Part shown: positions 29,011-36,440 of the stretch, piece by piece
How positions within the stretch are numbered: position 1 is the first letter of the stretch
Layout of the letters: each line of letters starts with the position of its first letter
NCBI GenBank assembly: GCA_964557995.1
Contig: CAZLCQ010000001.1
Span: 1 to 39,815 of the forward strand
Source of the DNA: an uncultured Dehalococcoidales bacterium
Lineage (GTDB): Bacteria; Chloroflexota; Dehalococcoidia; GIF9; AB-539-J10
DNA: 39,815 nt
Direction: 5' to 3'
Notes under the pieces: model-generated
What the model was told of the DNA's origin: nothing
Seen by the model: only the letters and a program-made list of their open reading frames with translations
The model's database searches: none
Made by a program: the position numbers and the translations under genes

Positions 29011-29811
29011 CTAATTCTTAACTTGCCGATTTATCGATAAGCCCGGCTCAACAGCGCTCAGGTGCGCTGCAATATCCTGCACTCGGCCAATGACCTCCGA
29101 ACTGGCCTTCGAGAGAGGGAAATGGCCAAGACCAGCTTCTATTACGCTCTGGTCGTACGGAATGAAGCCCAGGAATTCGAAATCTGGCATGGCTGAAACG
29201 AGAAGATCCCTGTCTTGCTCACCTCGAATCTTGTTAGCTACCACCGCGATGTTTGCCAAACCTATATCCTGGGCCAGTTCTCTTATCCTGTAGGCTGTTT
29301 CAATACTGGCTTTGCCTGGCTCAACCACAATAATCATCTTGTCCACGGCTCTCGCTGTCGCTCGCCCCAGATGCTCAATGCCGGCCTCCATGTCTATTAT
29401 GACTACTTCATTTCTCTTGAGAAGTATGTGGGCGACCAGGGCCTCGAGAAGGGCGTTTTCAGGACAATAACAGCCGCTCCCACCCTTCTTCAACCGCCCC
29501 ATCACCATCAATTTGATTCCATTATGCTCGACCCAGTACTTCTCCGGTATATCATCAACCCTGGGATTTAGTTTGAAGTAGGGCGCTGCCTGACCAGGAC
29601 GCACGCCTGTCCTTTCTTCGATCAGGTCTGCCATCTCAGATATTGGGGTCATCCTCTCGGAGTGAGGAAAGCCGAGGCCAGCGGCCAGGGTAGCATTTGG
29701 GTCGGCATCGATGGCCAGAACAGAAAGACCGGACTGACTAAGTACGGTGGAAAGCAGAGAGACCAGCATTGTCTTGCCTACCCCGCCTTTGCCACTAACC
29801 GCGATTTTCAT
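29011..29811 (-). CDS. cooC: CooC/AcsF-type Ni-insertion ATPase (CO dehydrogenase maturation factor family)
   Basis: Deviant Walker A at the N-terminus (KIAVSGKGGVGKT) and the CooC-specific CxC motif (GSGCYCPEN). Confidence 0.8.
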   Translation of the reverse strand: MKIAVSGKGGVGKTMLVSLLSTVLSQSGLSVLAIDADPNATLAAGLGFPHSERMTPISEMADLIEERTGVRPGQAAPYFKLNPRVDDIPEKYWVEHNGIKLMVMGRLKKGGSGCYCPENALLEALVAHILLKRNEVVIIDMEAGIEHLGRATARAVDKMIIVVEPGKASIETAYRIRELAQDIGLANIAVVANKIRGEQDRDLLVSAMPDFEFLGFIPYDQSVIEAGLGHFPLSKASSEVIGRVQDIAAHLSAVEPGLSINRQVKN

Positions 29812-29978
29812 TCCAGGCTAGGAATTATATACTGTACAAACGAGAGAAATCAAGACCGCGACACCTATTGGTTTGCGTCGCCCACAGAAGGCGACAACAG
29901 CTCGACAGAGGACTTCTGCAGGACCGCGATGGGTCAGCCTGTACCGGGTTGCCTCCTCGCTTCCGCGGCTATTCACGA

Positions 29979-30008
29979 TTGTCCGCACAAAACGAACGGT
30001 GATAGAAT
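29979..30008 (+). promoter_or_regulatory. candidate promoter of the LOG-family gene (extended -10)
   Basis: TTGTCC (29979..29984)-N18-TAGAAT (30003..30008) with TGA immediately upstream of the -10 (TGATAGAAT). It lies about 70 nt upstream of ATG 30082. Confidence 0.4.
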
Positions 30009-30081
30009 ACAATATCAAGGCTGCACCGGCCGATATGTTCGGTTCATCTTGATGCCACGTGTGCTTTCTGAGGGAGGCGAT

Positions 30082-30765
30082 ATGCCGTACGAATATGAAA
30101 TAAATGAACTCGCCAAGGAAGAATCATGGCGGATGTTTCGAATAATAGGCGAATTCGTAGAGGGTTTTGATAACCTCTCAGGTATTGAGCCGGCAGTGAC
30201 CATATATGGTTCGGCCAGACTGAAAGCGGGTGACGAGCTATATGCAGCGACGGAAGAAATAGCCTATCGGCTTGGACAATTGGGCTTCTCAATTGTGACT
30301 GGTGGAGGCCCAGGCGTAATGGAAGCTGCCAACAAAGGTGCAGGAAAGGCTGGTGTCACGTCGGTCGGACTGAATATCTCTCTTCCCCACGAACAGGTCC
30401 CTAATACTTATGCCACGAAATCGATAACGTTCAGTCACTTCTTTACTCGCAAAGTCATGCTGGTGAAATATGCCGTGGCCTTTGTCATAATGCCAGGTGG
30501 CCTGGGCACGCTTGATGAGGTGACAGAGGTACTAACCCTGATGCAGACCCACAAGATAAAACCCTTCCCCGTAATACTGTTCCACGGCGAATTCTGGGAT
30601 GGATTTCTGGATTGGCTGCGGGCCGCTGTCTTATCGCGGAAGTATATCTCCAAGAAAGATTTCGACCTATTAAGGGTCTTGGATCACCCTGATGAGGTGG
30701 TTGAGGCTATACAGAGGTGGTATGTTAGACATGAAGTTGTCGGCAGGAAAGCCCTGCGCAGGTGA
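30082..30765 (+). CDS. LOG family (TIGR00730) Rossmann-fold protein, putative nucleotide 5'-monophosphate nucleosidase
   Basis: GGGPGVMEAANKGA and PGGLGTLDEV signatures. I chose the ATG with GAGGGAGG upstream. The 5' part of track ORF 29662..30765 is antisense to cooC and I reject it. Confidence 0.85.
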   Translation: MPYEYEINELAKEESWRMFRIIGEFVEGFDNLSGIEPAVTIYGSARLKAGDELYAATEEIAYRLGQLGFSIVTGGGPGVMEAANKGAGKAGVTSVGLNISLPHEQVPNTYATKSITFSHFFTRKVMLVKYAVAFVIMPGGLGTLDEVTEVLTLMQTHKIKPFPVILFHGEFWDGFLDWLRAAVLSRKYISKKDFDLLRVLDHPDEVVEAIQRWYVRHEVVGRKALRR

Positions 30766-30797
30766 GTGCCACTCGCCCTTGAGCTTTTGTTTTTTGG
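30761..30797 (+). terminator. possible intrinsic terminator after the LOG gene
   Basis: GGTGAG-tgcca-CTCGCC (includes one G-T pair and spans the TGA stop), followed 7 nt later by TTTTGTTTTTT. The geometry is imperfect. Confidence 0.3.
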
Positions 30798-30890
30798 CGT
30801 GATGTTGAGGTGGATATGCCACCCGGTCGTCGTTTCGACACCTGACATGTGTGATCGGTGCGGGAGGTCTGAACCGCCCTCTTTGTCAGC

Positions 30891-30920
30891 TTGACATCGC
30901 GCAATTTGGGGTGCTAGAAT
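30891..30920 (+). promoter_or_regulatory. strong sigma70-type promoter of rplU-rpmA-rpmE
   Basis: TTGACA (30891..30896)-N18-TAGAAT (30915..30920) with TGC directly upstream (TGCTAGAAT, extended -10). Confidence 0.6.
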
Positions 30921-30946
30921 GCTCTGTTCCGTACGGGGGTGAGAAG

Positions 30947-31261
30947 ATTTACGCGATTGTCGAAGTAGCTGGCAAGCAGTACAAGGTGGCTCCGAAGCAA
31001 GCAATAGAAGTCGAGCGTTTGGGTGTACCTGAAGGCGAGACTGTCGAGTTTGATAGAGTATTGTTTATTGGGGGGGACGGGGACACTCTTGTGGGGAATC
31101 CGATTATCAAGGGTGCCAAGGTTGTGGCTACGTGTCTGGGCGAAGCTAAGGGAGAAAAGGTTATCGTATTTAGATATAAGTCTAAAGTCCGCTATCGCAC
31201 GAAGAAGGGACATCGCCAGGCTCACACTAAAATATTGGTGAATGAGATTATCAAGGATTAA
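30947..31261 (+). CDS. rplU: 50S ribosomal protein L21
   Basis: (M/I)[13 protein letters not shown]... is the universal L21 N-terminus. I propose ATT at 30947 as the start, with GGGGGTGA 7 nt upstream. The canonical in-frame GTGs at 30851 and 30911 lie upstream of or inside the promoter and lack an SD. Confidence 0.8.
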   Translation: MYAIVEVAGKQYKVAPKQAIEVERLGVPEGETVEFDRVLFIGGDGDTLVGNPIIKGAKVVATCLGEAKGEKVIVFRYKSKVRYRTKKGHRQAHTKILVNEIIKD

Positions 31262-31272
31262 GGAGAACAGGC

Positions 31273-31524
31273 ATGGCACATAAGAAGGGTGGTGGCAGCT
31301 CGAGTTATGGGCGAGACAGTGTAGCTAAGCGTCTGGGAGTTAAGAAGTACGGAGGAGAACAAGTCCGCGCCGGAGCTATTTTGGTGCGGCAACGCGGGAC
31401 TCGTATACTGGCGGGAGACAATGTAGGCCTGGGCAGAGACTATACACTCTTTGCCTTGATAGATGGCCACGTTAAATATGAGCCGGCAACCAGATACAAG
31501 AAGAAGGTGAGCGTTTACAAATGA
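31273..31524 (+). CDS. rpmA: 50S ribosomal protein L27
   Basis: [11 protein letters not shown]-terminus with no propeptide. AAGGAG lies upstream of the start. Confidence 0.95.
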   Translation: MAHKKGGGSSSYGRDSVAKRLGVKKYGGEQVRAGAILVRQRGTRILAGDNVGLGRDYTLFALIDGHVKYEPATRYKKKVSVYK

Positions 31525-31724
31525 AATCGAAAGTCCATCCTAAGTATTACGATAATGCTAAGGTGACTTGTCTTTGCGGTAACACTTTCACCATCGGCTC
31601 GACTAAGCCAGAAATCAGGGTAGAAATATGCGGTAAATGCCACCCCTTTTATACTGGCGAACAAAGGATAGTTGACTCGCTGGGAAGGGTGGAACGCTTC
31701 AAGAAACGATACAAGGTCAAGTAG
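31521..31724 (+). CDS. rpmE: 50S ribosomal protein L31 (Zn-ribbon type)
   Basis: [10 protein letters not shown]...CLCG...[14 protein letters not shown] overlap with the rpmA stop. Confidence 0.95.
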   Translation: MKSKVHPKYYDNAKVTCLCGNTFTIGSTKPEIRVEICGKCHPFYTGEQRIVDSLGRVERFKKRYKVK

Positions 31725-31942
31725 GATACATTCAGGTTTCTATCTCCCGTTGTGACAAGATCTATTGAACCCGGATAGTCCTCCGCTTCGAACATTACAT
31801 TGGGAAACTGGAAAGTCACCAAGCGCTAGTCTAAGAGACAAACTTTATATTTTCAGCTGTTTCTATCATAATACTATTAGGGATTTCTCATGCTGGACAA
31901 TTACGGCCTTCGATTTGAACAACTAGGGAGAATAAGGTATTA

Positions 31943-32857
31943 ATGGCAGGGACTTTTCATTACGGCGGCCAGGCAGTCATTGACGGGGTGATGATCCGGG
32001 GCAAGGAAGGCGTGGCCATATCTGTGCGTCAGCCCGATGGACAGTTGAACGTGGTGAAGCAGCCTCTGGCCAGCATCTACAAAGGGCGTCTCAGAGAGAT
32101 TCCTCTGATCAGAGGAATCATCGCTCTCATTGAAACCTTGGTCCTGGGCACACAGTCATTACTTCACTCTGCTCAGGTTGCCGCAACCGAGGAGGTGGGA
32201 GAGAAGATACCTGCAGCGGTCTTATGGGGTACGGTGGCGGCGAGTCTGGCTTTGGGTGTAGCCCTCTTCTTCATGGTTCCTCTCTTTGCCACGCGCTACC
32301 TTATAGACCCTTATATAGAATCTGGTTTGTTGAGCAATATCTTTGAGGGACTTATCCGTATGGGGATTTTCATCGCTTACCTCAAGTTAATGAGTCTAAT
32401 ACCTGATATTAGAAAGGTCTTCGCATACCATGGAGCTGAGCATAAAACGGTGAATGCCTATGAGGCAGGCGTTCCTCTGGATGTGGAGTCGGTTAAGATG
32501 TACTCTACTGCTCATGCTCGCTGCGGCACCGCCTTTCTATTCATTGTTCTGATCGTAGCTATTTTCGTCTTCGCCCTCGTTGGTCAGCCAAGTTTGTGGA
32601 TACGCATACTGTCTCGCATAGCCCTCATCCCGGTTATTGCGATTATTAGCTATGAAATCATGAAATTCGGAGCAAGCCACAGTACGAACCCCGTAGTCCG
32701 AATACTGTTGGCTCCGGGGCTGCTGTTGCAAGCTATGACGACCAGAGAACCCGACGACAGTCAGATAGAGACTGCCATAGCGGCATTAAATGAGGTCATG
32801 AGCATGGACCAGACTGCTATTACCATCGTCGATACGAACGAACCATTGACAGAATAG
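31943..32857 (+). CDS. DUF1385 family membrane protein
   Basis: 304 aa. N-terminus YGGQAVIDGVMIRG and the YHGAEHK motif, with TM helices. As I recall, DUF1385 commonly sits next to rpmE. Confidence 0.75.
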   Translation: MAGTFHYGGQAVIDGVMIRGKEGVAISVRQPDGQLNVVKQPLASIYKGRLREIPLIRGIIALIETLVLGTQSLLHSAQVAATEEVGEKIPAAVLWGTVAASLALGVALFFMVPLFATRYLIDPYIESGLLSNIFEGLIRMGIFIAYLKLMSLIPDIRKVFAYHGAEHKTVNAYEAGVPLDVESVKMYSTAHARCGTAFLFIVLIVAIFVFALVGQPSLWIRILSRIALIPVIAIISYEIMKFGASHSTNPVVRILLAPGLLLQAMTTREPDDSQIETAIAALNEVMSMDQTAITIVDTNEPLTE

Positions 32858-32874
32858 TACTGATCTGGTATTAT
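32846..32874 (+). promoter_or_regulatory. near-consensus sigma70 promoter overlapping the DUF1385 stop codon
   Basis: TTGACA (32846..32851)-N17-TATTAT (32869..32874) with TGG directly upstream of the -10 (TGGTATTAT). It would start transcription near 32881. Confidence 0.6.
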
Positions 32875-32880
32875 ATAAGG

Positions 32881-33009
32881 TAGCCACTGACCTTCCAGGC
32901 AGTGAGCGAGCGAATCGGATAGTTGTAAGTCCGCTTGGATCGGCGGTGACCGAGACGGACAACAGAAGTTGTTTGAATAACCCTCTCGGTTATAACGAGA
33001 GGGTTTTTT
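32881..33009 (+). ncRNA. candidate cis-regulatory leader RNA (attenuator, possibly a pan-motif instance) upstream of the pantothenate operon
   Basis: No ORF is present.
- P1 hairpin, 32883..32907: G83-C07 and C84-G06, bulged A32905, then C85-G04 through G89-C00, bulged A32890, then C91-G99 and C92-G98, with loop TTCCA.
- P2 hairpin, 32929..32960: GTCCG/CGGAC plus TCGG/CCGA.
- Alternative pairing: 32950..32958 (CCGAGACGG) can pair with 32981..32989 (CCCTCTCGG) at 8 of 9 positions.
- The element ends in a canonical terminator. Confidence 0.5.
32981..33009 (+). terminator. rho-independent terminator
   Basis: CCCTCTCG-gttataa-CGAGAGGG (8 bp, all Watson-Crick) followed by TTTTTT (33004..33009). 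Confidence 0.8.
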
Positions 33010-33982
33010 GTTTGTGGTCATGTTTGGTGCCATAACGGATATCTCGGGAATCAAAGTCGGGCATTATACCGACAAGAAGGCAGCGACCGGCTGCACGGTG
33101 ATACTTTGTGAGCAAGGGGCTGTAGCTGGCGTCGATGTCAGCGGATCATCCCCGGGCACCAGAGAAACAGACTTGCTCCGGCCAGGAAATGCAGTAGAGA
33201 GAGTTCAAGCTATCGTTCTTGGTGGAGGCAGTGCCTTTGGCCTGGACGCTGCTACCGGTGTTATGAGGTATTTGGAGGAGCGAGGATTCGGCTATGAGAC
33301 CAGTGCCGGCAAGGTGCCTATCGTGCCAGCCGCCATTATTTTCGACCTGAACATAGGGGATTCCAAAAGCAGGCCTGGAGCTAACGAGGGTTATCAAGCT
33401 TGCCTGGCTGCTGCCGTTGGCAAGGTAACCGAGGGATGTGTTGGCGCTGGCACCGGGGCAACAGTGGGCAAAATCCTCGGTCTGGACAGAGCAGTCAAAA
33501 GTGGCTTGGGGACTGCCAGTCAAAGAATAGCCAGAGACGTTGTGGTAGCTGCCCTGGTAGTAGTGAATGCCGTTGGAGATGTGATTGAACCTGGAACTGG
33601 GAAGATTCTGGCCGGACCTCGCGGGCCCGACGGGCGTGGATTCTTGTCTACATCTGAGTTATGGAAAGGTGATTTTATGGAAGCAGTTCCGCCCTCCAAT
33701 ACTGTAATCGGCGTAGTGGCTACCGATGCCAAGATAAGTAAGACGGAGGCAAACAAATTGGCTCGCGTGGCACAGGTTGGCATTGCTCGTACCATTGACC
33801 CATGTCACACCATGTATGACGGAGATGCTTTGTTTACGCTCTCTCTAGGAGAGAAGGAAGCTGATCTTAGTGCTCTGGGTGCAGCGGCTGCCGCGGTTGT
33901 TGCCGAGGCCATAGTGAGAGCAGTTCACGAGGCACAGACTCTAGCTGGCGTGCCGGCAGCCAAGGACGTAGGCAAATGTTAA
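33008..33982 (+). CDS. peptidase family S58 / P1 (DmpA/BapA-like aminopeptidase)
   Basis: ITDISGIKVGHYTD N-terminus and the NTVIGVVATDA self-processing/nucleophile block. The start is ambiguous (TTG 33008, GTG 33014 or ATG 33020). The only SD-like GAGGG lies inside the terminator's 3' arm. Confidence 0.75.
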   Translation: MFVVMFGAITDISGIKVGHYTDKKAATGCTVILCEQGAVAGVDVSGSSPGTRETDLLRPGNAVERVQAIVLGGGSAFGLDAATGVMRYLEERGFGYETSAGKVPIVPAAIIFDLNIGDSKSRPGANEGYQACLAAAVGKVTEGCVGAGTGATVGKILGLDRAVKSGLGTASQRIARDVVVAALVVVNAVGDVIEPGTGKILAGPRGPDGRGFLSTSELWKGDFMEAVPPSNTVIGVVATDAKISKTEANKLARVAQVGIARTIDPCHTMYDGDALFTLSLGEKEADLSALGAAAAAVVAEAIVRAVHEAQTLAGVPAAKDVGKC

Positions 33983-34842
33983 AGACAGGCTTTATTGGCG
34001 CGGGAACGACAGGCACTGCTCTGGCAGTAAGGCTTTCTCAGAAGGGATGGCCTGTAGTGGGCGTATCCAGCCGAACTCTGTCCTCAGCAAAGAAACTGGC
34101 CACGCGGGTGTCCGACTGCCAGATTTGCCACACAGATCAGGAATTGGCAGATGTTGCTGAAATGGTGTTCATCACCACCCCTGATGACGTTATAGCTCAG
34201 GTATGCAGCGAAGTTCACTGGCATAAGGGACAGAGTGTCCTGCATTGCAGCGGTGCTCATTCCGTAGATATTCTGGAACCAGCGAAGAAACTCGGGGCTG
34301 CTGTTGGCTCTTTTCATCCTCTGCAGACCTTTGCCGATGCTGCCCGGGCCATAGCAAACTTGCCTGGCTCTACCTTCGGTCTGGAAGCCGAAGAGCCACT
34401 GTTATCAACGCTTAAGGAGTTAACCTCTCTTCTGGATGGCAGCTGGGTGGAGCTCAAGCCCGGGGACAAGGTGCTGTATCACGCAGCGGCAGTCTTCGCC
34501 TGCAATTACCTGGTGACCCTGGTTAAGTTGGCGCTGGACTTATGGAAGGACTTCGGAGTGTCGTCACAAGGGGCGACCAGGGCCCTGCTGCCCTTGCTGA
34601 GAGGGACGCTGAACAACATCGACAGTATTGGCTTGCCTGACTGCCTGACGGGCCCTGTTGCCCGCGGGGACTTGGGCACCATTGAGAGGCACTTGAAGGC
34701 TCTTGATGCCGAGCACTCCTCTCTGCTTAGTACCTATGAAGAGTTAGGGCTTCAGACTATCCCCATTGCTGTGGCCAAAGGCAGGGTCAATGAACAGAGG
34801 GCAGAGGAAATGAGAGCCCTGCTTTCTTTGGGGAGAGAGTAG
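33976..34842 (+). CDS. Rossmann-fold plus DUF2520 oxidoreductase, candidate ketopantoate reductase (PanG-like)
   Basis: [13 protein letters not shown] dinucleotide fold and a C-terminal DUF2520-like half (PLQTF...LTGPVARGD). The start overlaps the S58 stop by 7 nt. The functional call is based on context. Confidence 0.55.
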   Translation: MLKTGFIGAGTTGTALAVRLSQKGWPVVGVSSRTLSSAKKLATRVSDCQICHTDQELADVAEMVFITTPDDVIAQVCSEVHWHKGQSVLHCSGAHSVDILEPAKKLGAAVGSFHPLQTFADAARAIANLPGSTFGLEAEEPLLSTLKELTSLLDGSWVELKPGDKVLYHAAAVFACNYLVTLVKLALDLWKDFGVSSQGATRALLPLLRGTLNNIDSIGLPDCLTGPVARGDLGTIERHLKALDAEHSSLLSTYEELGLQTIPIAVAKGRVNEQRAEEMRALLSLGRE

Positions 34843-34874
34843 ACAAGGGAACTTTGCGCCTAGGGAGGTACAAA

Positions 34875-35285
34875 ATGAGAACTATGCTGAAAAGTAAAAT
34901 CCACCGAGCCCGGGTTACTCAAGTCGACTTAGATTACGAAGGCAGTATCGCTATTGATCGGTCTCTCATGGAGGCTAGCGACATCTTGCCCTTCGAAAGG
35001 GTGGAAGTGCTAAACGTGAACAATGGAGCCAGGTTCAGCACTTACGCTATCGAAGGTGAAGCGAATTCTGGGATTATTGGTGTCAACGGGGCTGCAGCCA
35101 GGCTGGTGGCCAGGGGCGACATAGTCATCATCCTCTCGTATTGCCATGCTCCTGACGACGAGGCAGTCAATATGACCCCGAGGATAGTTCGTGTGGATAG
35201 TCGAAATAGAATCGTTGAGCCCTTACCTGCGGTTCCTCAATGGGAAGAAATCCAGCAGTCAGTAGCCACCAGGGGCGACTTCTGA
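34875..35285 (+). CDS. panD: aspartate 1-decarboxylase (pyruvoyl-dependent)
   Basis: [25 protein letters not shown], with the Gly-Ser self-cleavage site. I chose the inner ATG, which has GGGAGG upstream. Confidence 0.92.
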   Translation: MRTMLKSKIHRARVTQVDLDYEGSIAIDRSLMEASDILPFERVEVLNVNNGARFSTYAIEGEANSGIIGVNGAAARLVARGDIVIILSYCHAPDDEAVNMTPRIVRVDSRNRIVEPLPAVPQWEEIQQSVATRGDF

Positions 35286-35343
35286 TTGCCAAATCCCGAC
35301 TACTGAGTTCTGACCGCTGACTACTACTTTAGGAGGTTAGGCC

Positions 35344-36180
35344 ATGAGGGTTACTATCGCTGATATAAGAGAAATGAAGCAAAAGAAAGAGAAGATACCC
35401 ATGCTTACTGCTTATGACTATGTGACGGCCAAGATGGTTGACGAAGCTGGTGTGCCCCTGATCTTGGTCGGGGATAGCTTGGGGATGGTGATGTTGGGCT
35501 ATGAGTCAACCATTCCCGTGACTATCGAGGAGATGATTCATCATACTAAAGCTGTAGTGAGAGGAGCTAAGAGGGCCTTAGTAGTAGGCGACATGCCATT
35601 TATGACCTATCATATCAACATCTCCGACGCTTTGCACAATGCCGCAAGGTTTATTCAGGAAGGGGGTGCGCAAGCGGTGAAACTGGAGGGGGGCGAGATC
35701 GTGGCGGACACGGTTAGACGCCTTGTTGGCTGCGGTATTCCAGTTATGGGTCATATTGGGCTTACACCTCAGTCTATACATCAACTGGGGGGGTTCAAGG
35801 TACGCGGCAAAGGGCTCGACGAGGCTAGGAAGCTGCTCAAAGATGCCCGCATACTGGAGGAAGCTGGAGCTTTTGCTATCGTTCTGGAATGCACTCCGGC
35901 GCCTCTCTCCAGCCTGATTACTCACAAGTTGACTATCCCCACGATTGGTATTGGGGCGGGACCTGATTGTGACGGCCAGGTCCAGGTGATTAGCGATCTT
36001 CTCGGCCTTTATACTGAATTTGTGCCCAAGCATGCCAAACAGTATGCCAGCTTAGCCGGAGAGATCAAGACTGCCGTTTCCAGTTATATAGCTGAAGTTG
36101 AATCTGTCGCTTTTCCCTCTGCACAGCACAGCTACACCATGGATGAGAGCCTGATCAAACAGCTAGAATCTGAAAGCTAA
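35344..36180 (+). CDS. panB: 3-methyl-2-oxobutanoate hydroxymethyltransferase
   Basis: MLTAYDY, LVGDSLGMV and VKLEGG motifs. AGGAGG lies upstream of the start. Confidence 0.95.
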   Translation: MRVTIADIREMKQKKEKIPMLTAYDYVTAKMVDEAGVPLILVGDSLGMVMLGYESTIPVTIEEMIHHTKAVVRGAKRALVVGDMPFMTYHINISDALHNAARFIQEGGAQAVKLEGGEIVADTVRRLVGCGIPVMGHIGLTPQSIHQLGGFKVRGKGLDEARKLLKDARILEEAGAFAIVLECTPAPLSSLITHKLTIPTIGIGAGPDCDGQVQVISDLLGLYTEFVPKHAKQYASLAGEIKTAVSSYIAEVESVAFPSAQHSYTMDESLIKQLESES

Positions 36181-36226
36181 CCGTACGCATGGCAGCCAGG
36201 TTTTTCCAGAAGGCAGTTCTATAGCT

Positions 36227-36247
36227 CCCCTCTTAAGATAAGAGGGG
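36227..36247 (+). other. perfect 9-bp stem / 3-nt loop hairpin in the panB-panC spacer
   Basis: CCCCTCTTA-aga-TAAGAGGGG with no T-tract after it. A related hairpin CCCCCTTA-tcg-TAAGGCGG occurs at about 36391..36409. Confidence 0.5.
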
Positions 36248-36440
36248 CAAGGGGGAGTCATGAAGAAACATCTTCGTCGTGGTTCGGCCACAAAATCAGG
36301 CCCAGGCTGCCTGAGGAGGACCGTCGATGAAGATCGGCTTTCATGGTTGATAGGGAGCGACACGCGGAGATATTCGTAACCCCCTTCGTTCCCCCTTATC
36401 GTAAGGCGGAAACTGCGGGAAGAATCAAACCATTACTGGT

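Noticed and set aside
29662-30081. The 5' 140 codons of track ORF 29662..30765(+), which would make a 367-aa LOG protein.
   Set aside because: This part is antisense to the well-supported cooC gene and crosses the cooC/LOG intergenic promoter region. LOG-family homology starts only at the ATG at 30082, which has a strong SD.
32881-33009. The possibility that the structured region is an SRP (4.5S) RNA on the minus strand, where the hairpin loop would read UGGAA.
   Set aside because: It lacks the conserved domain IV sequence (GGUCCGGAAGGAAGCAGCC-like) and the long end-to-end helix. The promoter and U-tract terminator are both oriented for the plus strand.
36260-36379. A 39-codon ORF in the panB-panC spacer as a real small protein or leader peptide.
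   Set aside because: The SD-to-ATG spacing is only 2-4 nt, the composition is Arg/Ser/Gly-rich, and there is no run of regulatory codons. I cannot support it without conservation or ribosome-profiling data. It is mentioned within the spacer finding instead.
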